Source: Mobula hypostoma
Taxonomy: Eukaryota
DNA length: 64,000 nucleotides
Direction: 5' to 3'
Assembly (NCBI RefSeq): GCF_963921235.1
Contig: NW_026948140.1
Location: 496,001 to 560,000 of the forward strand
Shown: positions 1 to 11,989 of the stretch, in pieces
How the letters are laid out: each line of letters opens with the position of its first letter
Numbering within the stretch: position 1 is the first letter of the stretch
Notes under the pieces: model-generated
Seen by the model: only the letters and a program-made list of their open reading frames with translations
Databases searched by the model: none
What the model was told of the DNA's origin: nothing
Position numbers and translations under genes: made by a program

Positions 1-1385
1 TCGCCTGGTAGCACTCACATCGACAGTGACGAAATGCTTTGAGAAGTTGGTTATGCCTAGACCGAACTCCTGCCTCAGTAAGGACCTGGACCCATTGCAA
101 TTTGCCTATCGCCACAATAGGTCAATGGCAGACGCAATCTCCATGGATCTTCACATGGCTTTAGACCACCTAGACAACACAAACACCTACGTTAGGATGC
201 TGTTCATCTACTATAGCTCAGCATTTAATACCATCATTCCCACAATCCTGATTGAGAAGCTGCAGAACCTGGGCCTCTGTACCTCCCTCTGCAATTGTAT
301 CCTCAACTTCCTAACCGAAAGACCACAATCTGTGAAGATTGGTGATAACATATCCTCTTCGCTGAAAATCAACACTGGTGCACCTCAGGGATGTGTGCTT
401 AGCCCACTGCTCTACTCGCTATATATACACACATGACTATGTGGCTAGGCATAGCACAAATAATATCTACAAATTTCCTGATGATACAAACATTGTTGGT
501 AGAATCTCAGGTGGTGACGAGAGGGCGTACAGGAGTGAGATATGCCAACTAGTGGAATGGTGCCACAGCAACAACCTGACACTCAACGTCAGTAAGACGA
601 AAGAGCTGATTGTGGACCTCAGGAAGGGTAAGTCGAAGGAAGACATACCAATCCTCAGAGGGATCAGAAGTGGAGAGAGTGAAGAGCTTCAAGTTCCTGG
701 GTATCAAGATCTCTGAGGATCTAACCTGGTCCTAACATATTGATGTAGTCATAAAGAAGGCAAGACAGCAGCTATACTTTATTAGGCGTTTGAAGTGATT
801 TGGCGTGTCAAGAAATACACTCAAAAACTTCTATAGATGTACCATGGAGAGCATTCTGACAGGCTGCATCACTGTCTGGTATGGAGGGGCTACTGCACAG
901 GACCAAAAGAAGCTGCATAAGGTTGGAAATCTAGTCAGCTCCATCTTGGGCACTAGCCTACAAAGTACCCAGGACATCTTTGGGAAGCAGTATCTCAGAA
1001 AGGCAGCGTCTATTATTAAAGACCTCCAGCACCCAGGGCATGGCCTTTTCTCACTGTTACCATCAGGTAGAAGATACAGAAGCCTGAAGGCACTCATTCA
1101 GCAATTCAGGAACAGCTTCTTCCTCTCTGCCATCCGATTCCTAAATAGAGTTTGAAGCTTTGGACACTACCTCACTTTTTTTAATATACAGTTTTTCTGC
1201 TTTTGCACATTTTAAAATAACATATTCAATATACATAATCGATTTACTTGTTTTATTATGTTTTATTTTAATTATTTTTTTCTCTCTCTCTCTCTGCTGT
1301 ATTATGTATTGCATTGAACTGCTGCTGATAAGTTAACAAATTTCACGTCACATGCCAGTGATAATAAACTTGATTCTGATTCTGA
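1..1385 (+). mobile_element. Rex1/Babar-clade non-LTR retrotransposon, 3' part (frameshifted RT and C-terminus, 3' UTR)
   Basis: ORFs 26-436, 378-716 and 805-1155 carry RT motifs typical of Rex1 ([53 protein letters not shown]). Ends with AATAAA and a (TGATTC)n tail at ~1371-1385. Confidence 0.85.
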
Positions 1386-2830
1386 AGTCTGACGTAGCAG
1401 TATTTCAGCAGAATAAAGGAACTTCCAGTGATGCAAGAGAGGAGCTGGCCAAAGTAAATTGGAAGGAGATGCTGGCAGGGATGACATCAGAGCAACAATG
1501 GCTTGAGTTTCTGGGGAAAAATTGAGGAAGGTGCAAAATAGATGTATTCCAAAAATGAAGAAATATTCAAATGGCAAAATAGTACAATCATAGCAGACAA
1601 GAGAATTGGGGTTCTAACATTTAACTGACATTCATTCTTTGAGGCATTCCTCCATTTTTGTGGATGTTTGCGAAGAAAAAGAATTTCAGGATGTATATTG
1701 TATACATTTTTCTGTCATTAAATGTACTGATTGAAACCTATTGAAGTCAAAGCTATTGTAAAATCAAAAGAAAGGGCATACAACAAAGCAGAAATTGGCA
1801 GAAAGGTAGAGGATTGCGAAGCTTTTATAATCCTACAGAGGACAACTAAAAGAATAAATAGGAAGGAAAATATGAATTATGAAAGCAAGCTAGCAATAAT
1901 ATCAAATTGGATAGTAAAAGCTTTTTCAAGTATATAAAAAATAAAAGAGATTAGAGCGAATATAGGACTGCTAGAAAATGAGGCCAGAGAAATAATAACA
2001 GAGATCAGGAAGAGGACAGATGAACTAAATGAGTATTTTGCATCAGTCTTCACTGTGGAAGACACTAGCAGTGTGCCAGATGTTGAAGGGTGTGAGGGAA
2101 GAGAAGAATGCAGTCACTATTACAAGGGAGAAGGTTCTCAAGAAGCTGAAACACCCAAGGGTACATAAGTCACCTGGATCAGATGAACTGCATCCTAGGG
2201 TGCTGAAAGAGGTAGCGGTAAAAGTTGTGGAGGCATTAGAAATTATCTTTCAAAAATCATTGGACTCTAACATGGTGCTAGAGGATTGGAAAAGTGCAAA
2301 TGTCATTCCACTCTTTGAGAAAGGAGGAAGGCAGCAGAAAAGAAATTTTAGACTAGTTAGCCTGACCTCAGTGGTTAGGAAGATGTTGGAGCCAATTGTT
2401 AAGGATGAGGTTATGGAGTACTTGGAGACACAGGAAAAGAAAGGACAAAGTCAGCATGGTTTCCGTAAGGGAAAATCTTGCCTGACAAATCTGTTTAATT
2501 TCATTGAGAAGGTTGCAAGTAGGATAGATAAAGGAGATGTAGTGGATGTTGTATATCTGGATTTTCAGAAGGCCTTGAACAAGGCCACATATAAGTCTTT
2601 TTACCAAGTTAAGAGCCCATGGTATTACCGGAAAGTTAATAGCATGGTTACAGCATTGGCTGATTGGTAGGAGGCAGTGAGTGGGAGTAAAAGGATCCTT
2701 TTCTGGTCGGCTGCCAGTGAGTAGTGGTGTTCTGCAGGAGTCGGTGTTGGGACAGGTAATTTTTATGCTGTATATCAATAATTTAGATGATGGAATAGAT
2801 GGCTTTGTTACCACGTTTGCAGATAATGTG
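1386..2830 (+). mobile_element. CR1 LINE ORF2 fragment (linker and RT), degraded, with a small non-coding repeat at ~1605-1745
   Basis: ORF 2029-2670 has KSPGSDELHPRVLKE, DWKSANVIPLFEKG, QHGFRKGKSCLTNL and VYLDFQKA. Confidence 0.85.
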
Positions 2831-3347
2831 ACTGTCAGGTGAAAAGGAAATGTGAATAGGCAGATAGCGCAGAGCACCCCTGTGGCCATTACTCTCAATA
2901 ATAAGTATTCCACATTGGGTACTGTTCTGTTGTGGGGGGGGTTGACCTCACAGGGGTATACCACGAAGACCAGGTTACTGGCACTGAGCATAGGTCTGTG
3001 GTGCAGAAGGGAAAGAGAGAGAAGAGGGCAGTGGTAGTGATAGGGGACTCGATAGTGAGGGGAACAGACAGGAGATTCTGTGGACGTGAATGGGATACCT
3101 GGATGGTATGTTGCCTCCCAGATGACAATGTCAGGGATGTCTCGGATCGCATCCACAGCATCTTGGAGAAGGATGGAGAGCAGCCAGATGTCTTAGTACA
3201 TATTAGTACCAATGACATAAGAAGGAAAAGCAAAGAGGTCCTGTAAAGAGAATTTAGAGATCTAGGCATAAAGCTGAGAAGCAGAACCTCCAGGGTAGTA
3301 ATTTCTGGATGCTGCCTGTGCCACGAACCAGTGAGGGTAGAAACACC

Positions 3348-3450
3348 CTTGGTCTGAAACGTCGACTGTATTTTTTTCCATAGATGCTACCTGGCCTGCA
3401 GAGTTCCTCCAGCATTTTGTGCGTTGCTTAGATTTCCAGCATCTGCAGAT
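3348..3450 (+). mobile_element. Penelope-like pseudo-LTR 3' fragment (3' half of a hammerhead motif)
   Basis: ctgaaacgtcgactg...gatgct.cctggcctgc...ttcctccagcatttt...ccagcatctgcaga matches the pLTR ends at 33700-33820 and 38030-38090. Confidence 0.7.
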
Positions 3451-4212
3451 TCCAAAGTGGTACACTTTGGAAGTACAAACTCCAAGGCAGAGTACAAAGT
3501 AAATGGCAGGATACTTGGTAGTGTGGAGGAGCAGAGGGATCTGGGGGTACATGTCCACAGATCCCTGAAAGTTGCCTCACAGGTAGATGGGGTAGTTAAG
3601 AAAGCTTATGGGGTGTTAGCTTTCATAAGTCAAGGGATAGAGTTTAAGAGTTGCGATGTAATGATGCAGCTCTATAAAACTCTGGTTAGGCCACAGTTCT
3701 GGTCGCCTCACTATAGGAAGGATGTGGAAGCATTGGAAAGGGTACAGAGGAGATTTACCAGGATGCTGCCTGGTTTAGAGAGTATGCATTATGATCAGAG
3801 ATTAAGGGAGCTAGGGCTTTACTCTTTGGAGAGAAGGAGGATGAGAGGAGACATGATAGAGGTGTACAAGATAATAAGAGGAATAGATAGAGTGGACAGC
3901 CAGCACCTCTTCCCCAAGGCACCACTGCTCAATACAAGAGGACATGGCTTTAAGGTAAGGGGTGGGAAGTTCAAGGGGGATATTAGAGGAAGGCATTTTA
4001 CTCAGAGAGTGGTTGGTGTGCAGAATGCACTGCCTCAGTCAGTGGTGGAGGCAGATACACTCGTGAAGTTTAAGAGACTACTACGCAGGTATATGGAGGA
4101 ATTTAAGGTGGGGGGCTATATGGGAGGCAGGGTTTGAGGGTTGGCACAACATTGTAGGCCGAAGGGTCTGTAATGTGCTGTACTATTCTATGTTTTACGT
4201 TCTATGTTCTAT
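3451..4212 (+). mobile_element. CR1 LINE 3' end, young subfamily (same as 15513-19059, 26867-29259, 32532-34080)
   Basis: ORF 3424-4137 has VVHFG, QRDLGVHVHRSLK, LERVQRRFTRM, YSLERRRMRGD and FFTQRVV-like motifs. Ends in a (TTCTATG)n-type tail. Confidence 0.9.
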
Positions 4213-4877
4213 TTTCTCTTGTTTGTGAGGGTAGAAACAGAATGATTTGGCAGATTAATACGTGGATGAGAAGCTGGTGCAGGGGGCAGGGCTTCAGGTT
4301 CTTGGATCATTGGGATCTCTTCTGGGGGAGGTATGAACTATTCAAAAGTGTTTGGTTGCATCTGAATCTGAGGGGGGCAAATATTCTCACAGGCTGGTTT
4401 GTTAGGGCTGTTGGCAAGGGTTTTAAAATAATTTGGTGGTGGGGTGAGAACAGTTATGAATGGACTCAGGATAGGACAGATGGTAAAAAAGCAAAGATAG
4501 CTTGCAGTCAGACTGTCAGGAAGGGCAGGCAAATGATAGGACAAAATTGCAGCCAGCAGGGTGAGTATTAGTGTGTTAGGGATGCAGAATCAAAAAGGGT
4601 AGCAAATACAGTACTCAAAGTGTTCTATCTCAATGCACGGAGTATAAGAAATAAGGTGGATGATCTTGTTGCACTTTTACATATTGTCGGGTATGATGCT
4701 GTTGCCATCACTGAATCGTAGCTGAAGGATGGTTGCACTTGGGAGCTGAATGTCCAAGGTTTCACATTGTATCAGAGGGATCGGAAGGTAGGCTGGTGTG
4801 GCTCTGCTGGTAAAGAATGGCATCAAATCAGTAAGAAGATATGACATAGAATGTTGAATCCTTGTGGAGTGAGTTCT

Positions 4878-5708
4878 AATCCGCTAATTAAATTTGCTGA
4901 CGAAACTACATTATCTCAAAGAATAACGTGGTGGCCAACAGGGAAGAAGTTATCTCTCTGACACAATGGTGTCAAGAAAACAACCTCCCCCTCAATGTCG
5001 CAAAAACAAAGCAGCTGGTTGTGGATTACAGGAGGAATGGAGACAGGCTAACCCCTATTGACATCAATGGATCTGGGGTTGAGAGGGTGAGCAGCTTTAA
5101 GTTCCTCAGCATTCCCATCACCGGGCACCTCACATGATCTGTACACACCAGCTGTGAGGTGAAAAGGCACAATGGTGCCTCTTTCACCTGAGATGGCTGA
5201 GAAAGCTTGGTATAGGCCCACAAATCCTAAGAACTTTCTACAGGGGCACAATTGCGAGCATCCTGACTGGCTGCATCACTGCCTGGTATGGGAACTGTAC
5301 TTAATCACAGGACTCTGCAGAGAGTGGTGCGGACAGCCCACCGCATCTGCAGTTGTGAACTTCCCGTGATTCAGGACATTTACAAAGACAGGTGTGTAAA
5401 AAAGGCCTGAAGGATCATTGGAACACGTGTCACCCCAACCACAATCTAATCCAGCTGCTACCATCCGGGAAACAGTACCACAGCATAAAAGCCAGGACCA
5501 ATAGGTTTCGGGACAGCTTTTCCACCAGACCATCAGACTGATTAACTCACACTGATTTGAGTGTACTCCTATGTGACATTGACTGTTCTATTTATTATAA
5601 ATTATTATAAATTACTGTGATTGCACATTACACATTTAGACTGAAACATAACATAAAGATATTTACTCCTCATGGATGTGAAGGATGTAAGAAATCAAGT
5701 CAATTCAA
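4878..5708 (+). mobile_element. Rex1/Babar LINE 3' fragment inserted in a CR1 APE region
   Basis: KFADET, WCQENNLPLNVAKTKQLVVDYR, VERVSSFKFL, followed by LLPSG-like sequence and a short TCAAT tail. Confidence 0.75.
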
Positions 5709-5935
5709 AGATACTGCAAGGGTGAAAGGACCCTGATGGCAGTTATATATAGGCCTCCCAACAGCAACTGGGATGTGGGTCACAGATTACAATGGGAAAT
5801 TGAAAAAGCATGTCAAAAACGCAATGTTATGATAGTCATGGGAGATTTCAACATGGTTGGGAAAATCAGATTGGTAAAAAGAGTGAGTTTGTTGAATGTC
5901 TACGAGATGGCTTTTTAGAACAGTTTATTCATAAG

Positions 5936-6727
5936 CCAGTTCAACCCAGATAAATGTGATGTGGTTCATTTTGGTAGATCAAATATGATGGCAGAATATA
6001 ATATTAATGGTAAGAGTCTTGGCAGTGTAGAGGATCAGAGAGATCTTGGGGTCTGAGTCCATAGGACACACAAAGCTGCTACGCAGATTGACTCTGTGAT
6101 TAAGAAGACATACAGTGCATTGGCCTTCATCAATCGTGGGACTGAGTTTAAGAGCCGAGAAGTAATGTTGCAGCTATATAGGACCCTGGTCAGACCCCAC
6201 TTTACTGTGCTCAATTCTGGTCGCCTCACTATAGGAAGGATGTGGAAACCATAGAAAGGGTGCAGAGGAGATTTACAAGGATGTTGCCTGGATTGGGGAG
6301 CATGCCTTATGAGAATAGGTTGAGTGAATTTGGCCTTTTCTCCTTGGAGTGACGGAAGATGAGCGGTGACTTGATAGAGGTGTACAAGATAATGAGAGGC
6401 ATTGATCGTGAGGATAGTCAGAGGCTTTTCCCCAGGACTGAAATGGCTAGCACGAGAAGGCGTAGTTTTAAGGTGCTTGGAAGGAGGTACAGAGGAGATG
6501 TCAGGGGTAAGTTTTTTACAGAGAGAGTGGTGAGTGTGTGGAATGGGCTGCCGGCGGCAGTGGTGGAGGCGGAAACGATAGGGTCTTTTAAGAGACTCCT
6601 GGATGGCTACATGGAGCTTAGAAAAATATAGGGCTATGGGTAAAGCCTAGCGTAGTTCTAAGGTAGGGACATGTTCGGCACAGCTTTGTGGGCCAAAGAG
6701 CCTGTATTGTGCTGTATGTCTTCTATG
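5936..6727 (+). mobile_element. CR1 LINE 3' end
   Basis: ORF 6359-6631 has GDLIEVYKIMRG...KFFTERVVSVWNGLP. CR1 3' UTR and ttctatg end. Confidence 0.85.
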
Positions 6728-9700
6728 AGCCTACTATGGGGTCAACTATGCTGGACTGGGTGTTATGCAATGAACTGGAGGTGATGATAGAGCTTAAGGT
6801 AAAAGAACGCTTAGGAGCCAGTGATAACAATTTGATTGCGTTTAACTTGAAATTTGATAGGGAGAAAGTGAAGTCTGATGTAGCAGTGTTTTAGTGGAGT
6901 AAAGGAAATTACAGTGGAATGAGAGAGGAGTTGGCCAAAGTAAATTGAGATGTTGGCAGGGTTGACAGCAGAGCAGCAATGGTGTGAGTTTCTGGGGAAA
7001 ATGAGGAAGGTATAGGATAGATGTATACCAAAAGCAACAAAATACTCAAATGACACAATAGTATAACTGGCTGACAATTGAAGTCAAAGCTAATGTAAAT
7101 GCAAAAGTGAGTGCATACAACAAAGCAAAAATTAGTGGGAAGACAGCGGATCAGAAAGCTTTTAAAAAACCTACAGAGAGCAACTAAAAGAGTCATTAGG
7201 AAGGAAAAGATGAAATATTGAAGCAAATTAGCAAACAATATCAAAGCTACTTTTGTTGATTGAAGTACTGTGCAGATGCAACAGGAGTGTTCCCACACAA
7301 GTCTGACAAAGACCTTGAAAAAGCAGCAAGTTTTTCGACAGGAGTCGTTAATTGGAGTACTGTTTAGACACAACAGTAGTGCTCCTGCACAGGTCCAGCA
7401 TAGATTTTCAATGGGGAACCCAGTCTCTATAAAAAAGAAGTACAGCCTGGCAGAGCAGTTATCGTAAGAGTGATCGTCATCAGAGTAGTCTGAGTCAGAG
7501 TAGGGGGACTTTGGCTCACCAAGGCTGGCGAGAACAGGCAGATTCTAGTAAGTTCATTCCTTATTTCTTATTCAACTCTAGAGATAATAAGGGGTATATC
7601 AACAGAGCCAGTGTTCTGTATATGGGATTTCCAGAAGACTCCCAGCCACCCCAATGGCCACATCTGCACCAGGTGCATTGAGATGCAGTTCCTTCAAGAC
7701 CATGTTAGGAAACTGAAGCTGCAGCTTGATGACCTTTGGCTTATTAGGGAAAGTGAGGCAGTGATAAACAGGAGCTAGAGGGATGTAGTTTCCCCAAGGC
7801 TACAGGAAACAGAAAAATGGGTGAATGCCAGAAGAGGGAAGTGGGAACATCAGATACTGGAGAGCACCCCTGTGGCTGTCTCCCTCAACAATAAGTGCTC
7901 CATTTTGAGTACTGTTGGGAGGGATAAACTACCTGGGGGAAGCAATAGCGCCCATACCTCTGGCACTGGGCCTGGCCCTGGCCCTGTGGCTCAGAAAGGC
8001 AGAAAACTGAAGAGGATGTCATCAATAATAAGGGGCTCTATAGACAGGAGGACAGATAGGCGATTCTGTGGACGCCAAAAAGAAACACGGATGGTAGTTT
8101 GCCTCCCAGGTGCTAGGATCTGATATGTTTCTGCATAGGTCCACAATATCCTGAAAAGGAAGGGTGGGCAGCCAGGAGTCATGGTACATGTTGGTACCAA
8201 TGACACAGGAAAAAAAAGGAGGACGTCCTGAAAAAAAGAATATTAGGAGTTAGGAAGGAAGCAGAAAAGCAGGACCTCTAGGGTAGTAATCCCGGGATTG
8301 TTGCCTGTGTCACGTGGCAGTGAGGATAGGAATAGAATAAGGTGGCAGATAAATGCTGAAGAATTGGATCGGGGGCAGGGATTCAGAATTCTGAATAATT
8401 GGGACCTCTTCTGGGACAGACAGAGCAAAGAGTTAAATTGTACCACAGAGACAAAGTTCAAAAGGGCAAAGAATGCAGGTCTGAAGGTGCTGTATCTAAA
8501 TGCACAGAGCATTCAGAATAAGGTGGACAAACTCGTGGCGCAGTTAAAGACTGGTCAGTATGACATTGTGGGCATCATTGAGTCGTGGCTGAAAGAAGGC
8601 CATAGCTGGGAGTTTAGCATCAAAGGATATACTTTGTATCAAAAGGATGGGTAGGAAGGCTTGGGTGGTAGTGTGGCTCTGTTGGTAAGAGATGGTATTA
8701 CATTTTTAGAAAGAGTCAGAGAATGTTGGATCTTTGAAGGTGCAGTTAAGCAACTGAAAGGGTAAAAAAAAGCATAATGGGAATCATATATAGGCCTCCA
8801 AATAGTAGCCAAGATGTGGGGTTGAGATTGCAAAGGGAGCTGGAAAAGGCATGTAATAAGGGTAATGACACAATTGTAATGGGGGACTTCAACATGCAAG
8901 GGGATTGGGAAAATTAGGTTGGTGTCGGATCACAAGAGAGGGAATTTGTTGAATGCCTATGAAATGACTTTTTAGTGCAGCTTGTGCTCGAGACTATTTG
9001 GGGAAAAGCTATCTTAGAATGGGTGTTGTGTAATAATCCAGATCTTATTAGGGAGATTAACGTGAATGAAACCTTAGAGGGCAGTGAATGAAACCTTAGA
9101 AGGCAGTGATCATAGCATGATTGAATTTATACTGCAATTTGAGAGGGAGAAGCTTAAATCACCTGTTATAGTATGGCAATTGAATAAAGGAAATTACAGA
9201 GACATGAGAGAGGAGCTTGCCCAGGTGGATTGGAGAATCAGTTGAGTGAACTTGGCCTTTTCTCCTTGGAGTGACAGAGGATGAGAAGTGACCTGATAGA
9301 GGTGTCTAAGATGATGAGGGGCATTGATCGTGTGGATAGTTAGAGGGGTTTTTCCCAGAACTGAAATGGCTGACATAAGGGGGCATAGTTTTAAGGTGCT
9401 TGGAAATAGGTACCGAGGGATGTCGGAGGTAAGTCTTTCACACAGAGTGGTGGGTGTGTGGAATGCATGGCCATCGGTGGTGGTGGAATTCAATACAATA
9501 TGGTATTTAAAGAGCCTCTTAGATAGGTACATGGAGCTTAGAAAAATAGAGGACTGTGCACTAGGGAAATTCTAGGCAGGTTATATAGTTGGCACATGGT
9601 AGTTTCAGGTGTCGGAGTCATGAAATGTGTGAAATTGCCATAACCAGAAAAAAGGTTCTTGGGAAACTGAAAGATCTGAAGGTAGATAAGTCACCTGGAC

Positions 9701-10340
9701 CAAATAGTGTATGCCCCAGAGTTCTGACAGAGGTGGCTGAAGTGATCGTGGAGACATAAGTAATGATATTTCAAGAATCACTAGATTCTGGAATAGTTTC
9801 AGAAGAGTGGAAAATTGCAAATGTCACTCCACTCTTCAAGATGGGAGAGAAGCAAAAGAAAGGAAGCTTTAGGCTAGTTAGTCTGTGGAGTTTTGAGAGT
9901 ACAAAGCTTTTATGTGCCTGTCAGAATAAAAGGTAAAGATACTACATGTAGGGAACTTTGGATTTCAAGAGATATTGAGGCCTGGTTAAGAGAATAAAGT
10001 GGATAGCTGGTATAGGGAGGTAGGAACAAATGAGGTGTTGTTGGAGTATTAGAAATGCAAGAGAACACTTAAGAAAGAAATCAAGAGGGCTGAAAGAATG
10101 CATGAAGTTGCTCCAGTAGACAATCCTCAAGGATTCTCCAGATATGCAAAGAGCAAAAAAGATTGCCAGGGATAAATTTGGTCCTCTAGAGGATCAGAAT
10201 GGTAATCCATATGTGGAACCAAAACAGAAGGGGGAGATCTTAACTTTTTGCATCTGATTTACTCAGTAGATCGATACAGAGTCTGTAGAGGTGAGGCAAA
10301 GCATCATCAACTTCATGGACCCCTTACAGCTTTTAGAAGA
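6728..10340 (+). mobile_element. Cluster of degraded CR1 pieces (ORF2 linker, 5' region, ORF1 esterase, APE, 3' insert at ~9240-9600)
   Basis: ORF 7821-8123 has RTDRRFCG...MVVCLPGAR. ORF 8298-8654 has LKVLYLNAQSI...IIESWL. ORF 9324-9575 has RGHSFKV...VVGVWNA. Confidence 0.75.
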
Positions 10341-10403
10341 GAAAGAGGATCTTTTCCTAACCCCATAACCTCTAGATACCGACTCACCCAATCTCAGTGG
10401 GAA

Positions 10404-10535
10404 AGGTCCTGCCAAAGGGTCTTAGCCAGAAACACCGAGTCCTGCCAAAGGATCTTAACCTGAAATGTCAATTGTACTCTTTTCCATAGATGCTGACTGG
10501 CCTTCTGAGTTCCTCCAGCATTTAGTGTGTGCTGT
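10404..10535 (+). mobile_element. Degenerate Penelope pLTR fragment with two tandem decayed hammerhead-like units
   Basis: gtcctgccaaagggtcttagccagaaacacc followed by gagtcctgccaaaggatcttaacctgaaatgtca, then tagatgctg...gagttcctccagcattt. Confidence 0.55.
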
Positions 10536-10895
10536 TCTGTGGAAAAAGCCTGCTGACACTTACCCTATTATAGATTAAATTACCATTCGTAATTTTGTAT
10601 AACTCTATCAAATCAACTTTTACATTCTAGGGAATTTAGTCCTAACGTATTCAACCTTCCAGTGCAACTCAGGTCTACATCCTTGTAAATTTTCCATACA
10701 CTTTTTCAATCTTATTTATATCTTACCTGCAAGTAGGTGACCAAAACTGCACATAATACATCAAAATATGCATCACCAACTTCTCATCCAACTTCAACAT
10801 AACATCCCAACTCCTCTACTCAATAAGACCATAAGACCATTAGATATAGGAGAAGAAGTTGGCGATTTGGCCCATCAAATCTGTTCTGCCATTCA

Positions 10896-11603
10896 ATCCT
10901 TTTGTTCTACCGCACTTCTCGGTGCCAAGCTGCTCACCATGTAAGACCCAGTCCTCTCAAATGCAACACCTCACACTTGTAAGCATTAAATTCCATCTAC
11001 CATTTTTCCAGCCAGCCCAGATCCCACTACAAGCCATGATAGTCTTCCCCACTGACATCTCCAATCTTGGTGTCATCCACAAATTTTCTGATCCAGTTAA
11101 CCACATTATCATCATCATCATCATTATCCCTCGTAGTCAAGTATGGTTCTTCTCCTGGTGGTTGATCTGGTCACTTGTGGGTCTTGAGATGTCTGAAGAG
11201 GCTGATCCATGATTCTATTTCAGTGTTGGCAGGTGTAGGTCATTGAGGTGGTGGTGGATGTAGCTGATTGGGCTTTTCCCAGTCTCTCCTTATGTTGAAG
11301 CCGCTTAGTCTCAGTGGCAAGGAGAAGGAATTGTTTGATCTGTGCAGTCCCCTCACAGACAGTCCTTCTCCTGCTTTTCCTATCCTGTGCTAATTTCTCC
11401 CGTCCATTCAGGTTGATGCAGCACTTCCTCAAATTGGTCTTGATATTGTCCTTGATCGCCTTTTCTGCCCTCCAGTGTGCACTGCATCCTTGAACTGGCT
11501 GAACAGGAGTTGTTTCGGGAGGCAGGAATCAGACATTTGGATGATGTGGCCGACCCATCGCAATTGGTGTTCAGTCACAATTGTGGCTATGGAGTTAAAG
11601 TTA
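10896..11603. repeat. Inverted duplication, copy A (partner 20672-21380)
   Basis: Reverse complement of 20672-21380. An identical 70-aa ORF occurs at 11220-11432(-) and 20843-21055(+). Both copies span the same CR1/RTE junction. Confidence 0.9.
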
Positions 11604-11985
11604 GCATCCTCCAGGATGTGGGAGTTAGTATGCTTGTTCTTCCAGCTAACTGGAGGCCTCACCTTGAGTATTGCGTACCGATGTTTTCGATGTTTTTACA
11701 AGTATCAAGGATGGTGGTCTTCAGCGTGGTCCAGTGTGCTTCAGTGTCCTCCAGATACTGCTTTGGGATCCTTTAAGAAAAAGGCAGCCTGGAGATGTTG
11801 TACCTTCGCTGTGTCTTTTAGGCTCTCAATGTTGAACCTGGAATGGCTCAGCTTCTTTTGTGCTTTACTCTTCCGTATGATTTTGATGGTCATTTGTGAG
11901 CAAATAAGCCATTGGTCCATCCAGCCATCATCAGCACTGATCATGGCTCTTGTGTTCTTTACATCTCTGCGATCCCTCCTCCAAA
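11105..11985 (-). mobile_element. RTE-clade LINE fragment, internally deleted, with an (ATG)n-type tail
   Basis: ORF 11429-11662 has SWKNKHTNSHIL...QLRWVGHIIQMSDSCLPKQLLFSQ...GGQKRR, the RTE C-terminal signature. Tail (atc)n on the + strand at ~11108-11128. Confidence 0.8.
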
Positions 11986-11989
11986 TAAT

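Larger units (their letters stand above)
2831..4875 (+). mobile_element. CR1 LINE ORF1 (SGNH/GDSL-type esterase domain) and start of ORF2 APE, interrupted at ~3348-4212
   Basis: ORF 2932-3246 has VVIGDSIVRGTDRRFCG...MVCCLP. ORF 4173-4571 has GFRFLDHWDLFWGR...LHLN. A YLNARSI-like APE start follows at ~4620. Confidence 0.8.

Noticed and set aside
2368..3156. 262-aa minus-strand ORF and similar long antisense ORFs (36424-37122, 50693-51214, 11475-11996)
   Set aside because: Antisense shadows of TE coding sequence.
2932..3246. Host GDSL/SGNH esterase gene
   Set aside because: The GDS-motif domain is the known CR1 ORF1 esterase and recurs with CR1 at ~7820-8300 and ~14590-15030.
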